NCBI GenBank assembly: GCA_017508385.1
Contig: JAFVZB010000008.1
Coordinates: 32,848 to 96,847, forward strand
Direction of reading: 5' to 3'
Origin: Lentisphaeria bacterium
GTDB taxonomy: Bacteria; Verrucomicrobiota; Lentisphaeria; Victivallales; Victivallaceae
DNA: 64,000 nt
Position 1 is the stretch's first letter. Each line of letters starts with the position of its first letter. A program made the position numbers and the translations under genes. A model generated the notes under the pieces. It ran no database searches. It had not been told where the DNA came from and was given only the letters and a program-made list of their open reading frames with translations. Positions 1 to 9,293 of the stretch are shown piece after piece.

Positions 1-222
1 GGAGCATAATTTTGCAGTATATACTCCTGATATGAAGCTCATTGAAACAAGTTTGTTTCACGGTTCTGTCGGATTTGACCACCTGATCATAAACGGCAAA
101 TCAACTTTTATCAGGTTGAAACAGCTCTATAAATACAAAAAGAAAGAGACTCCGTACTTCATGTTTGATTTCTTCAGATATACTGGCGGTAAGATGAAAA
201 ATATAACTCAGAGAGTGAAAAA

Positions 223-1287
223 ATGAGCGGCAAAATAAAAATCGGAATTGCAGGTCTGCGTTTCGGCAGAGGTATGACCCGTCGTGATATTTATGAGGGC
301 AGGGGCGGCAACAGTTTGGAAATCACTGCCGTATGTGATTTCAACCGTCAAGCCGCAGATGAATACGCTGCAGAGATCGGAGCAAAGGCGTACTATGATC
401 TTGATGAGATGCTGCAAGATCCTGAACTTCAGGCAGTCGGCTTGTTCACTCCTCCGGGAACCCGTGCCGAACTTATCGGCAAGTGCATTGCCGCAGGAAA
501 ACACGTTTTGACCACCAAGCCGTTTGAGCTTGACCCGCAAAAAGCGCAGGATATTCTTGAACTCGCCCGTGAAAAGGGTATAGTTGTGCACCTCAATTCT
601 CCCAATCCCATTCCCACCGTTGAGATGGCTCAGGTCGAAAAGTGGAAGAAAGAGTATGATCTTGGTCAAGTGGTGTGCGGCAATTTTGAAGTGATGATGG
701 ATAAAAACGAAGTTCCTGACGGCAGCTGGTATGATGACCCTGAGCTTTGCCCAGCCGCTCCATTGTACCGCATCGGAATTTATGCTGTAAATGATATGAT
801 ACAGCTCTTTGATGCACGCCCGGTGGCGGCGGTTTGTGTTGACAGCCGTATCCGCACCGGACGCCCCACTGCGGATAATGCCGTGCTCACTGTTCAGTTT
901 GAAAATGGTGCTATCGGAACAGTTCAATCCAGCTTTTGTGTCGGCAACGGAGATGTTTTTATCGGCAGTTACACCATCCACTTTGAGCGAGGCAGTATCT
1001 GCCGCGGACCATACGTTGTGCGTGAAGAGGGAGCAATCGAAAAGTATGATTTCACTATCCGTTGGAGAACCAAAGATGGCGAGCAGCACTCCGAAGTGTA
1101 CCATTGTCCGAAAGAGGCAGACAGAAGCGGCAACTATGAGTGGGAATACTTTGCCGAGGCTGTGCGCAAGGGCGGAGCACTTGATAACGAGATACCGATA
1201 GAGCGCATAAGCAACGGTGTCGCTGTGGTGGAAGCTATGAAAAAGAGTCTGAAATCGCATCGCATCGAAGAGATAAAACCATTCTGA
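223..1287 (+). CDS. Gfo/Idh/MocA family NAD(P)-dependent oxidoreductase
   Basis: 354-aa ORF with N-terminal dinucleotide-binding motif KIGIAGLRFGRG and family-typical length. The 350-aa antisense ORF is treated as a shadow. Confidence 0.8.
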   Translation: MSGKIKIGIAGLRFGRGMTRRDIYEGRGGNSLEITAVCDFNRQAADEYAAEIGAKAYYDLDEMLQDPELQAVGLFTPPGTRAELIGKCIAAGKHVLTTKPFELDPQKAQDILELAREKGIVVHLNSPNPIPTVEMAQVEKWKKEYDLGQVVCGNFEVMMDKNEVPDGSWYDDPELCPAAPLYRIGIYAVNDMIQLFDARPVAAVCVDSRIRTGRPTADNAVLTVQFENGAIGTVQSSFCVGNGDVFIGSYTIHFERGSICRGPYVVREEGAIEKYDFTIRWRTKDGEQHSEVYHCPKEADRSGNYEWEYFAEAVRKGGALDNEIPIERISNGVAVVEAMKKSLKSHRIEEIKPF

Positions 1288-1296
1288 GGTCGAATC

Positions 1297-2139
1297 ATGT
1301 TGCGGAAGATATTGTGTTGTACGTTTGTTTTTTTTATGCTGGTCAGCGTATCGGCGAGGAATGATTATAACCGTAACGTTGTCCGCAGCAAGAGTGATGT
1401 CTGGATAAAACGTATTCCGCAGGTCAATGCCAAGCGGGCGTACAGTGTGCAGGCGGCAGTCTCTATGGTTGTCAGATATCTGAACGATAAACTCAATCAG
1501 AAGAAAATGGCTCCATTGTATCAGCTTGAGGCTGAAAAAGGAGTTATGACTCCTGAAATAGAGGGATTGTTTCAGAGTGACCCGGTTTTCCGTGAGTTCA
1601 AAATCAAGACTCTTTACAAGATAAGTGAGCCGGAAATATCCCGGATGATGGAGCTGTACGACTCATCAAGCAAACGCAAGCGCAAAAGCAGAAAAGCTCC
1701 TGATGAAAAAAACGGAAATGTGTTTGATACGGTCAACCGGGAAACTGCGAGGCGGATGTTTCCGACGGCACGTCCGCAAATGGCTTCCCTGTTGAGGAGT
1801 GTCTGTTACCGGTATATCGATGCCGGAGTTCCGGTGTTGTGGTCGGTGGCAATGAATCTTGACCCCGCGGTGAAAATGAAGGGCGGTCACATGCGCCTGA
1901 TTGTCGGCTACAACGAGCAGAATAAAAAAATCAAAAAGATATTTTACCGTGACCCGTGGGGAGGCAGTACAAAAATCAAACAGGCAGATTTCGAAGATGC
2001 CCAGACCATGACCATGGAACTCCACGTCATAACTCCGATGTTCGGAGAAGTGCTCATGCCGCTTCACGGCACATGGAACAAAGATAACAGACAAAAACGT
2101 TACATCAAAAAGAGACGTCCGCCGGTCCCGAAAAAATAA
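1297..2139 (+). CDS. secreted papain-fold (peptidase C39-like) domain protein, function uncertain
   Basis: 280-aa ORF with a hydrophobic signal-like N-terminus. IPQ...AYSVQAAVSMVVRYL and GGHMRLIVGY...DPWG resemble the nucleophile-helix and His/Asp regions of C39-like peptidases. Lys-rich insert and basic C-terminal tail. Confidence 0.5.
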   Translation: MLRKILCCTFVFFMLVSVSARNDYNRNVVRSKSDVWIKRIPQVNAKRAYSVQAAVSMVVRYLNDKLNQKKMAPLYQLEAEKGVMTPEIEGLFQSDPVFREFKIKTLYKISEPEISRMMELYDSSSKRKRKSRKAPDEKNGNVFDTVNRETARRMFPTARPQMASLLRSVCYRYIDAGVPVLWSVAMNLDPAVKMKGGHMRLIVGYNEQNKKIKKIFYRDPWGGSTKIKQADFEDAQTMTMELHVITPMFGEVLMPLHGTWNKDNRQKRYIKKRRPPVPKK

Positions 2140-2229
2140 AAATTTTTTGCGGAACATCACTTGCAAAAAATATTCAAGTGCAGTATATTTATACACACGA
2201 ACGATTATCTAACTCCGTGGTGATTAACA

Positions 2230-2889
2230 ATGAAGGTTATCAGTTTTTTTCTTTTCGCAGTTTTTTCTGTCGTTTCCGTTGCGGCTTCTGATTTTTCAAA
2301 TTATGTGGCACAGCAGCGTGATGCAATAGATTCTTCAAATTGGCATCGGGCGATCGAGTGCACATTCGGAATGATAAATTCAAGCTACAATGCCGATGTC
2401 ACATCATCCTCGTTCCTTGCGCTTGGAGCTCTGCTTTGGATATCAGGCAACAATGAAAAAGCGGTATCAGCCATTGAACGGAGTCTTCATATCATGCGAC
2501 ACAGTGACGGAGTGGATGAAGCAAAAGCGTTGGCAGCAGTAAAAATGGTCAAGGCAGTCCGTAATGCATCGGGAACTCCGTCATGGAGTCAGCAGCAGGC
2601 TCTTGTCAGTTTTGTCAAAGTTTTGGGGGTCAACTCAGATAACACTCTGACTGAAATCAGAAGAGCAAATGAAGCAGCCCGTTACAGCGCTCTTATGGCG
2701 TATCTTGACTCAGGTATTCAGGCTGCCAAACGTGAGGGGCACCGTATTGAATGGAATGCCAAATTCAATGCTGACCGTGAATATCAAAGCGCAACCGGCA
2801 AAAGTTTTGACCCGTCAAGACGTCCGTCAGGCGGCTTTGAGCGTGAAAAATGGGATGCCGCCAAAAGAGTTTATGATATTTTTGATTGA
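2230..2889 (+). CDS. hypothetical secreted protein
   Basis: 219-aa ORF with signal-peptide-like N-terminus (FFLFAVFSVVSVAA). No family recognised. Confidence 0.6.
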   Translation: MKVISFFLFAVFSVVSVAASDFSNYVAQQRDAIDSSNWHRAIECTFGMINSSYNADVTSSSFLALGALLWISGNNEKAVSAIERSLHIMRHSDGVDEAKALAAVKMVKAVRNASGTPSWSQQQALVSFVKVLGVNSDNTLTEIRRANEAARYSALMAYLDSGIQAAKREGHRIEWNAKFNADREYQSATGKSFDPSRRPSGGFEREKWDAAKRVYDIFD

Positions 2890-2922
2890 AGATAACCACA
2901 CAAAAAAAGGATAGGTTTTATT

Positions 2923-3285
2923 ATGAAAAAATTGGTCATCATCTTTGTCGTAACTTTCTTTTCAACCATTGGACTTCTTGTGGCAGCTCCTGTTTTCAAC
3001 TGCAACAAGTGTAGGGGAACGGGAAGAATTTCCGTCAGCCGCCAAATCAAATGCACTGCCTGTAACGGACAAAAACTCATTTGCCGCGGTTGTAACGGAC
3101 GTGGAAAACATGTGACCAGTGGCGGCACCGGACCTTACAGAGTGCCTGATAGAGTCGACCTATGCTTGTGCTGTTACGGTGCCGGAACGGTCAGCTGCAG
3201 CACTTGTTACGGTTCTAACGTTGAAACCCTGACCGGAACCGATACTTGTCCGCAGTGCAACGGCAAGGGTACATTTACTCTTTGA
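2923..3285 (+). CDS. exported Cys-rich protein with DnaJ-type CxxCxGxG zinc-finger repeats
   Basis: 120-aa ORF with AAGGA RBS and signal-like N-terminus, followed by six CxxCxG motifs: CNKCRGTG, CTACNGQK, CRGCNGRG, CLCCYGAG, CSTCYGSN, CPQCNGKG. Confidence 0.7.
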   Translation: MKKLVIIFVVTFFSTIGLLVAAPVFNCNKCRGTGRISVSRQIKCTACNGQKLICRGCNGRGKHVTSGGTGPYRVPDRVDLCLCCYGAGTVSCSTCYGSNVETLTGTDTCPQCNGKGTFTL

Positions 3286-3305
3286 TACTGCATACAGTTT
3301 GATAC

Positions 3306-3345
3306 AAAAAATGCTGCATTCCGAAAGTGAAGTGCAGCATTTTTT
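3306..3345. terminator. bidirectional rho-independent terminator between convergent genes
   Basis: A-run 3306-3310, 8-bp stem ATGCTGCA/TGCAGCAT (3311-3318 with 3333-3340), T-run 3341-3345. Confidence 0.6.
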
Positions 3346-3367
3346 GTGATTTTTTTATGTGCTGATA

Positions 3368-4414
3368 TCAATCAAGCAGGCTCCAGTCGAAAACTACGCC
3401 GAGGGGAGGATTTTTTCCGGTCGCAAGCATTGTATATACTTCGTGGGCATCTGCCGGAGAGACCAGTCGGTTTATCAGCGGCTTGAATGATAAGCGTCCT
3501 GCACCGAGCAGGTCGAGTATCACTCTGTAATCATTTTTTTCAGTCCAGGCATTTTCACGGTTATCCAGATGCGGACGGGTCATTGTGTGAGCTCCGATCA
3601 TGGTGATCCCGCGGCGGTGGACATATTTGTAGTAATCAATATTGACATCCGACACACGGGTGCATCCGAGCAAAGTTATTCTTCCCTCGTAGTTGATGTA
3701 TTCGAGTGCCTGCTGCAATGCCAGTGCTTTGCCGGTCACTTCCACCACAACGTCAGGACCGCAGCCGCGGGTGGCATCTTTGATCTTCTGCACCATGTCG
3801 GCATCAGACGGGTCAAAGACGATATCTGCTCCCATTTGTTTGGCAAGTTCCCTGCGTTCAGGAGAAAAATCGAGAGCCATTACAGGATATGCTCCTGAGA
3901 GTTTGGCAAACTGAATGGCAATCAATCCCAGAAGTCCGCATCCTGCAATCATTGCGCTTTCACCGATATTTATTTTGAGTTTGCGCACTGCGAGCAGCGG
4001 AAAACTTGCGATATGGGTGAATGCCGCCTCTATGCCGGAAACGGAGTCGTTTTCGATTTTTACTATTCCTTTGAAGCCGGGGTGCTTTACATTCGACATT
4101 ATCGCCTGCTCAGGGGTTCTGATCAAATGGGAAACATGACATCCCCAGTTGAGCACGACCCGGTCTCCGATGGTGAAATCAGATACTTTTCTTCCGGTTT
4201 CAATAACGTGACCGCTGGCACTGTAACCCGGATATTTCGGAAAGTTTTCCTGCGTGTTGGGCAGGTGCAGAAAGTTTGCCAGTTCCGTTCCTGCACTGAT
4301 AGCTGAGTAGTCATATTTTACCAGCAGTTCATCCGGCTGGAGTTTGTCGTTTATTTCGACATCGATCAGCTGTGCTTTTTCCTTTTCCGGAAAAACTATT
4401 TTTTTGATGAACAT
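3368..4414 (-). CDS. zinc-type medium-chain (MDR) alcohol/polyol dehydrogenase
   Basis: 348-aa ORF with GYSASGHV and Rossmann AGCGLLGL motifs, typical of sorbitol/threonine dehydrogenase-like MDRs. Confidence 0.8.
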   Translation of the reverse strand: MFIKKIVFPEKEKAQLIDVEINDKLQPDELLVKYDYSAISAGTELANFLHLPNTQENFPKYPGYSASGHVIETGRKVSDFTIGDRVVLNWGCHVSHLIRTPEQAIMSNVKHPGFKGIVKIENDSVSGIEAAFTHIASFPLLAVRKLKINIGESAMIAGCGLLGLIAIQFAKLSGAYPVMALDFSPERRELAKQMGADIVFDPSDADMVQKIKDATRGCGPDVVVEVTGKALALQQALEYINYEGRITLLGCTRVSDVNIDYYKYVHRRGITMIGAHTMTRPHLDNRENAWTEKNDYRVILDLLGAGRLSFKPLINRLVSPADAHEVYTMLATGKNPPLGVVFDWSLLD

Positions 4415-4435
4415 GATTGTAAATCTTTACGTTTT

Positions 4436-5188
4436 TCAGCTGTTTGTTCCGATCATGCAGGCTCTGCCGCCGTCGATCTGGTAGTTGCAACCGGTGATGT
4501 ATGCGGCTCTTTCACTTGAGAGGTAAACGAGAAGGTCAACGACTTCCTGTACTTCGGCAGCTCTGCCGAGCGGAGTCTTCATGTTTGCCATAGCTGCACG
4601 GGTCAGCACCGGACCGGGAGCAACGCTCACTGAACGCACTCCGTTGGGAGCTCCGACGATAGAGAGACCCTTGGTCAGACCGACCATTCCGGCTTTTTCT
4701 GCGCCATAGTCAACTGCGCCCTTGCTGCCGGTTATTCCGTCAATACTGCTCATATTGATGATGACTCCGCTCTTTTGCTCAAGCATGTGAGGCATGACCG
4801 CACGGGCAAAGAAGATAGCTCCCTTGAGGTTGACATCAACTCCCCACTCGATACTTTCGTATGAGCAATAGGGGAACGCAGGCTGTTTGCAGACTCTCGC
4901 AGAGGCTCCTCCTGCGGAGTTGAGCAGAATGTCAATACGTTTTTCTTTTGCCATCACATCGTCAACCACGGCGCAGACCTCAGTGTGCTTGCGGATATCG
5001 GCAACGTAAGCATAGGCTTTGTGCCCTTTTTCTCTGACGGCTGCGGCGGCAGCTTCAACTGACTCTTTGTTGATATCGACAAAGACGGTAATGGCTCCCA
5101 AATCTGCCAGGTTTTCAAGATAGAGTTTTGCCATTCCGGAGGCAGCTCCGGTTGCGATTGCAACTTTGTTGGTGAAATCGAAGTCCAT
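4436..5188 (-). CDS. short-chain dehydrogenase/reductase (SDR)
   Basis: 250-aa ORF with TGAASGMA cofactor motif and NSAG; classical SDR length. Confidence 0.85.
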   Translation of the reverse strand: MDFDFTNKVAIATGAASGMAKLYLENLADLGAITVFVDINKESVEAAAAAVREKGHKAYAYVADIRKHTEVCAVVDDVMAKEKRIDILLNSAGGASARVCKQPAFPYCSYESIEWGVDVNLKGAIFFARAVMPHMLEQKSGVIINMSSIDGITGSKGAVDYGAEKAGMVGLTKGLSIVGAPNGVRSVSVAPGPVLTRAAMANMKTPLGRAAEVQEVVDLLVYLSSERAAYITGCNYQIDGGRACMIGTNS

Positions 5189-5216
5189 TTTTTACTCCTG
5201 TGAATAAAATTAAAAG

Positions 5217-6590
5217 TTATTCAGGCATGGGAGCCTGATAGTTATTGTCGCCTCCGTAACGGAGAAAGCCGAGATATACCTTGTAAAGCAGGGCAATTCC
5301 GAGAATGGTGAAGCCGGCTCCGACGAGCAGGGTGTAGCGGTAGTCGCCGAGCTTATCGATGAGTTTACCGATGGCAGGACCGGTTATCATATACATGACG
5401 GAGTTGAAAATTCCGATGGCTGAAATAAACTGTGCGAAGAGTGCGGGAGGCAGTATTTTGGAGCTGAGACTTGCCACAAAGGTGATGTAGCATCCGGAAA
5501 TAACTCCGTGCAGAATAAATATGAGCGCAAATGTTGATTTGCTGATAAAGATATATCCGCCGATCATGAGCACGAGATGAGCGAGCAGGGCAGCCATACC
5601 GGTGCGGAGAGGATGGAATTCATCAGCCAGCACGCCCAGACCGTAACTCAGCACCAGACTGCATCCGTAGGTGATGACCAGATATTTGCCGTAGGTTGCG
5701 GTGGGGATTTCCAGAAACTTGGAGTACTGAAGACTGAAACTGTTGATGGGCATAAAAGAGAAAGAAGCAAATGTGGTGGCAACCATGAACCAGCGGTAGT
5801 AGGGCAGAGAGAAGCTCTGACGGAAGTATGTGACTGCCGAGACGGCAACAGTCTGGATGACCGTGCGTTTCTTGCCGTTGGGAAGCGGAGGAAGTTCTGC
5901 CGGAGGCGGGTATTTGCCCTCTTTGACCATAAAGCAGAGCAGCAGAAGTCCGGCACCGTAAAGAGTTCCGACACCGAGGAAAATCCACATGGTGTGGGTT
6001 TCAACGATTCCGATGAGGAATGAGTGAAAAATCATACCTGCTCCGAGGCTGACCAGACGGAACAGACCGAAAAATCTTCCCAGCAGTTCACGGGGAATAA
6101 CATCGTTGGCAAGAGCGTTGAAGAGACTTCCGGCAAGGGTGGTTCCGAAATCGAGGAACACCCAGGATATACCGAAGAATATAAGCATTGCGGTCTGGAG
6201 ACTGATATCAGGGCAGACTCCGTGAAGCCACGCACCGAGCATCTTGGTAAAGCCGAGTCCGTAAAGTCCGGTCACGATAAACGGAGTGGTGAACAGAATG
6301 AACGGAATACGTCTGCCGAGCCTTCCGCGATGGCGGTCTGAAACAAAACCGATGATCGGCTGAAGAAAGATGTTGGTGAAGTTGGGAAATGCGATGATGA
6401 TAAGTCCGTAAAGGAACTCCGAGTCAATAATCTGTTTGAAGAGCAATGTGGATGAGGGACCGATCGCACGGTCTTTCATTGACCAGACGAAATCTCCCCA
6501 GAGCATCCAAAAACTCAGGGCAATGACTCCTGCAGTGGTATAGGTAAGAGTACCTATTTTCCATGTTTTTTTGTTTGTGTTCTCTGCCAT
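5217..6590 (-). CDS. MFS transporter, glycoside-pentoside-hexuronide (GPH)-like
   Basis: About 12 hydrophobic segments and a DRHRGRLGRRIPF loop motif. Start moved to ATG 6590 (GGAG 6 nt upstream); the listed first codon at 6602 is a GTG that forms part of that RBS. Confidence 0.8.
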   Translation of the reverse strand: MAENTNKKTWKIGTLTYTTAGVIALSFWMLWGDFVWSMKDRAIGPSSTLLFKQIIDSEFLYGLIIIAFPNFTNIFLQPIIGFVSDRHRGRLGRRIPFILFTTPFIVTGLYGLGFTKMLGAWLHGVCPDISLQTAMLIFFGISWVFLDFGTTLAGSLFNALANDVIPRELLGRFFGLFRLVSLGAGMIFHSFLIGIVETHTMWIFLGVGTLYGAGLLLLCFMVKEGKYPPPAELPPLPNGKKRTVIQTVAVSAVTYFRQSFSLPYYRWFMVATTFASFSFMPINSFSLQYSKFLEIPTATYGKYLVITYGCSLVLSYGLGVLADEFHPLRTGMAALLAHLVLMIGGYIFISKSTFALIFILHGVISGCYITFVASLSSKILPPALFAQFISAIGIFNSVMYMITGPAIGKLIDKLGDYRYTLLVGAGFTILGIALLYKVYLGFLRYGGDNNYQAPMPE

Positions 6591-6710
6591 AATTTTCTCC
6601 ACAATATATTTTTTAAAGATGTTTATATACCGATTACATAAAATACCTCAAAAAAGCAGTTTTGTCAAGTGTTCCTTATTAAAAACAGCTTTGCGCGATA
6701 CTCTTGGTTA

Positions 6711-7637
6711 TTATTTTTCTGTTATTATTCTGAAGTGTGCAGACAGTACCGAGGCATCGCACTCTATTCCCATTTTGTCGGCTGAAGGATTGCCGGTCAT
6801 CTCGTGGGTGATCCCGAGATACATGGCACCATCCATGCCTTCGATTTTCACCTCTCCGTCACCGTCAACAGTCACAACTGCATGGACAGGTTCGGAAAAG
6901 AGCAGTTCATGGTTTGAAAGACGGAATTTTGCCATCAGTTCAGGCGGATAGGCATTGTGCGGATTATTCACCCAGTCCGAGGTGGTGCTGTTGAGGTCAA
7001 AGGCGGCAAGGTTGTTCAAAATGTTCAGGCTGTTGCGGTGGTAGTGACCGTTTATCCACAGCACCGGAACATTTGAGTGGGCAAAAATTATTTTTTGAGC
7101 ATCAGTTTTGTTAGTGATACCATTGCTTCTCCAAACCGAGGCGTGCGAAAAGATGACCGCCATTCCTGAGCAGGAATCAAGTTCACGAGCAAGAAAATCA
7201 AGCTGCTCAGGTGAGAGCAACTGCTCTTGCTGGTGACATTTTTCATAAACGCTTGCATTGGCGTAGTGGCACAGTTCACCAGATTCATTGTGGTAAAAGT
7301 TGGTATCAAGCGAGATGAATTTGTTGCCGTTGAGCTCAAAACTGTAAAAGCTCCTGCCATTCATGCGGTACGCTTCGCACACTTCGGAAATATCCTGACT
7401 CTCTTCAAAGTCGTGATTGCCCATGGTGTGATATGCCGGAATATGAAAGTTGTTGTACTGTTCAAGGATTTCCTTAGCGGCTCGCACATTATGGCAAAAG
7501 TCTCCGCAGTGCATGATAAATTGCGAACCGGATTTTTCTGCCCGTTCAAATACCGCAGCCAACCTTTTGTCGGCCCAGTTCCAGTTTCCCTCTCGATAGT
7601 GCAGGTCGGCAAATACGCTGAATTTTACTTTGCCCAT
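6711..7637 (-). CDS. metallophosphoesterase (calcineurin-like)
   Basis: Motifs FADLHY, GDFCHN, GNHDFE and GHYH. GGGAGAA RBS upstream. Overlaps the 3' end of the upstream kinase gene by 13 nt. Confidence 0.8.
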   Translation of the reverse strand: MGKVKFSVFADLHYREGNWNWADKRLAAVFERAEKSGSQFIMHCGDFCHNVRAAKEILEQYNNFHIPAYHTMGNHDFEESQDISEVCEAYRMNGRSFYSFELNGNKFISLDTNFYHNESGELCHYANASVYEKCHQQEQLLSPEQLDFLARELDSCSGMAVIFSHASVWRSNGITNKTDAQKIIFAHSNVPVLWINGHYHRNSLNILNNLAAFDLNSTTSDWVNNPHNAYPPELMAKFRLSNHELLFSEPVHAVVTVDGDGEVKIEGMDGAMYLGITHEMTGNPSADKMGIECDASVLSAHFRIITEK

Positions 7638-8578
7638 TGGATTTTCTCCCGGGATACAGTTATTGAAGATTCTATTTTGTCGGCATCAGCAGTGTTGAAG
7701 CTGCCGCAGAGATGAGAGAGGCAGTTCGCACTTGCCGCCGCCAGAGCTTTTTTGAATGCCGGCTCGAAATCAAGACCGTCTGCCAGTGCTCCTGAATATA
7801 CAGCACTTGCAGTGTCACCGCATCCGAGAGTGGAAACGATGTTGTCGAGTTTCGGTAACTGATACTTCACCAGCTTTTTGCCGTCCGAGGCAAAAGCCTG
7901 CTCAGGACCATCGGTTACGGCGGCACTCAAAATCGCAGGATAGGTTGAAAACAACCTGGCAAAAGCCTCTTCGACGCTTTCTTTTCCGGTCATCGAAAAA
8001 AGTTCTTCACGGTTTATTTTGAGGTGGATGCCGCATCCGGTGGTGAATACATCATCGACACCTTTACAGGCATCAAGGAGCAGGGGAACTGAGTTTTTTG
8101 CGGCGATCGAAGCAAATTCCCGATATACTTTTTTGTCGGTTTCACCGGGAAGAGTTCCGCAAACGGCGGCAAAACAGCACTCCGGCATGATTTTTTCTGC
8201 CATTTCAAGAAGATTTGCTGTTTCACTCTCTGATACGGTGTAGGAAGGCTCTATGCACTCGGTGGTCGAGTTGTCGCTTTCGTTAAGTATGGTGGTACAG
8301 CATCTTGTCGGAGTTGCGGTGAAACTCGTCAGGTGGCAGATGGCAAGTTTATCGAGCATATCGACCAGACGTTTACCGTTTTCTCCGCCTGCGAATTGCA
8401 GCAGACACGGTTCGGCAGAACCGTAAACGATGCTGGCACGGCAGAAGTTGACTCCTTTTCCGGAAGCGAATTCATCGAGCTGATACGCACGGTTGACTTT
8501 TCCGCAGGAAAATTTTTTGAAAGAGAGTGTTTTCTGCCATGCCGGATTGGCTCCGAGTACTGCGATTTTTCTGTTCAT
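7625..8578 (-). CDS. PfkB-family sugar(-phosphate) kinase (1-phosphofructokinase/tagatose-6-P kinase-like)
   Basis: 317-aa ORF with C-terminal GCGDTASAV PfkB signature. Its ATG overlaps the rnc stop codon by 1 nt (TAATG). Confidence 0.8.
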   Translation of the reverse strand: MNRKIAVLGANPAWQKTLSFKKFSCGKVNRAYQLDEFASGKGVNFCRASIVYGSAEPCLLQFAGGENGKRLVDMLDKLAICHLTSFTATPTRCCTTILNESDNSTTECIEPSYTVSESETANLLEMAEKIMPECCFAAVCGTLPGETDKKVYREFASIAAKNSVPLLLDACKGVDDVFTTGCGIHLKINREELFSMTGKESVEEAFARLFSTYPAILSAAVTDGPEQAFASDGKKLVKYQLPKLDNIVSTLGCGDTASAVYSGALADGLDFEPAFKKALAAASANCLSHLCGSFNTADADKIESSITVSREKIQWAK

Positions 8579-9270
8579 TATTCAACTCCGAGTGTGGAAG
8601 CAATGTAGTCTCTGAGCTTTTGAGCGGCTTTGCCCTCTGCCTCCCGTTTGCTCGAACCGTGTCCGGGAGCGACAAACTTGCCGGCAACAGCCTCAACATC
8701 GTAGCAGGGACAGTGCGGCGGACCCGATATGAGTATCACTTTGTATTGCGGAGTAAGTCCGAGATGTTTCTGGGTGAGCTCCTGAAGCTCTCCTTTGGGG
8801 TTGAACTGTTTGAATGACAATACCGGGTCGGGAATGTTTTCTTCAAGTATCTCGATGAGAAACTCGCAGGTTTTTTCATAGCCGCAAGCAATGTGGCAAG
8901 CTCCGAGCAGGGCTTCAAAGAGGTCGGCAAGCGTGGAGTTGCGTTTGTGTCCCTGCAATTCTCTTTCACCTTTTCCGGAAAGCAGTTTTCCGCCGAGTTT
9001 GAGATTTCTTGCCAGCATCGCCAGAGTTTCCTCGCGCACCATTGCGGCTCTGATTGCCGTAAGGTCGCCCTCTTTTGCTTTGGGATAACGGGTGAAAAGG
9101 TAGCTGCTGGTGACCAGCTCGAGAACTGCATCGCCGAGGAACTCCAGACGCTGATTGTCGTAATCGAGATGGTGTTCTGTGGCGTAACTGCGATGGGTGA
9201 ATGCAGCCGTCAGATACTTTTCACCGTTCGGATGCTTCAATATCTCATCTTTGATAGTTTTGAAATCCAT
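8578..9270 (-). CDS. rnc: ribonuclease III
   Basis: RNase III signature NQRLEFLGDAVLELV plus a C-terminal dsRBD-like region; 230 aa. Confidence 0.95.
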   Translation of the reverse strand: MDFKTIKDEILKHPNGEKYLTAAFTHRSYATEHHLDYDNQRLEFLGDAVLELVTSSYLFTRYPKAKEGDLTAIRAAMVREETLAMLARNLKLGGKLLSGKGERELQGHKRNSTLADLFEALLGACHIACGYEKTCEFLIEILEENIPDPVLSFKQFNPKGELQELTQKHLGLTPQYKVILISGPPHCPCYDVEAVAGKFVAPGHGSSKREAEGKAAQKLRDYIASTLGVE

Positions 9271-9293
9271 TATTACGGATACCTTTCTTTATT

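Noticed and set aside
32-226. 64-aa ORF at the left edge (MKLIETSLF...).
   Set aside because: It has no RBS and no recognisable family, and it lies in an AT-rich stretch directly upstream of the first gene. It is more likely promoter or leader DNA. I cannot exclude a small protein.
208-1260. 350-aa antisense ORF opposite the Gfo/Idh/MocA gene. Similar long antisense ORFs occur at 11968-12594, 13498-14391, 34145-34798, 44031-44897, 45064-45726 and 61883-62764.
   Set aside because: Each lies fully inside, and opposite to, a gene with strong family motifs. Their translations are low-complexity or compositionally odd, with no recognisable motifs or RBS. They are typical shadow ORFs.
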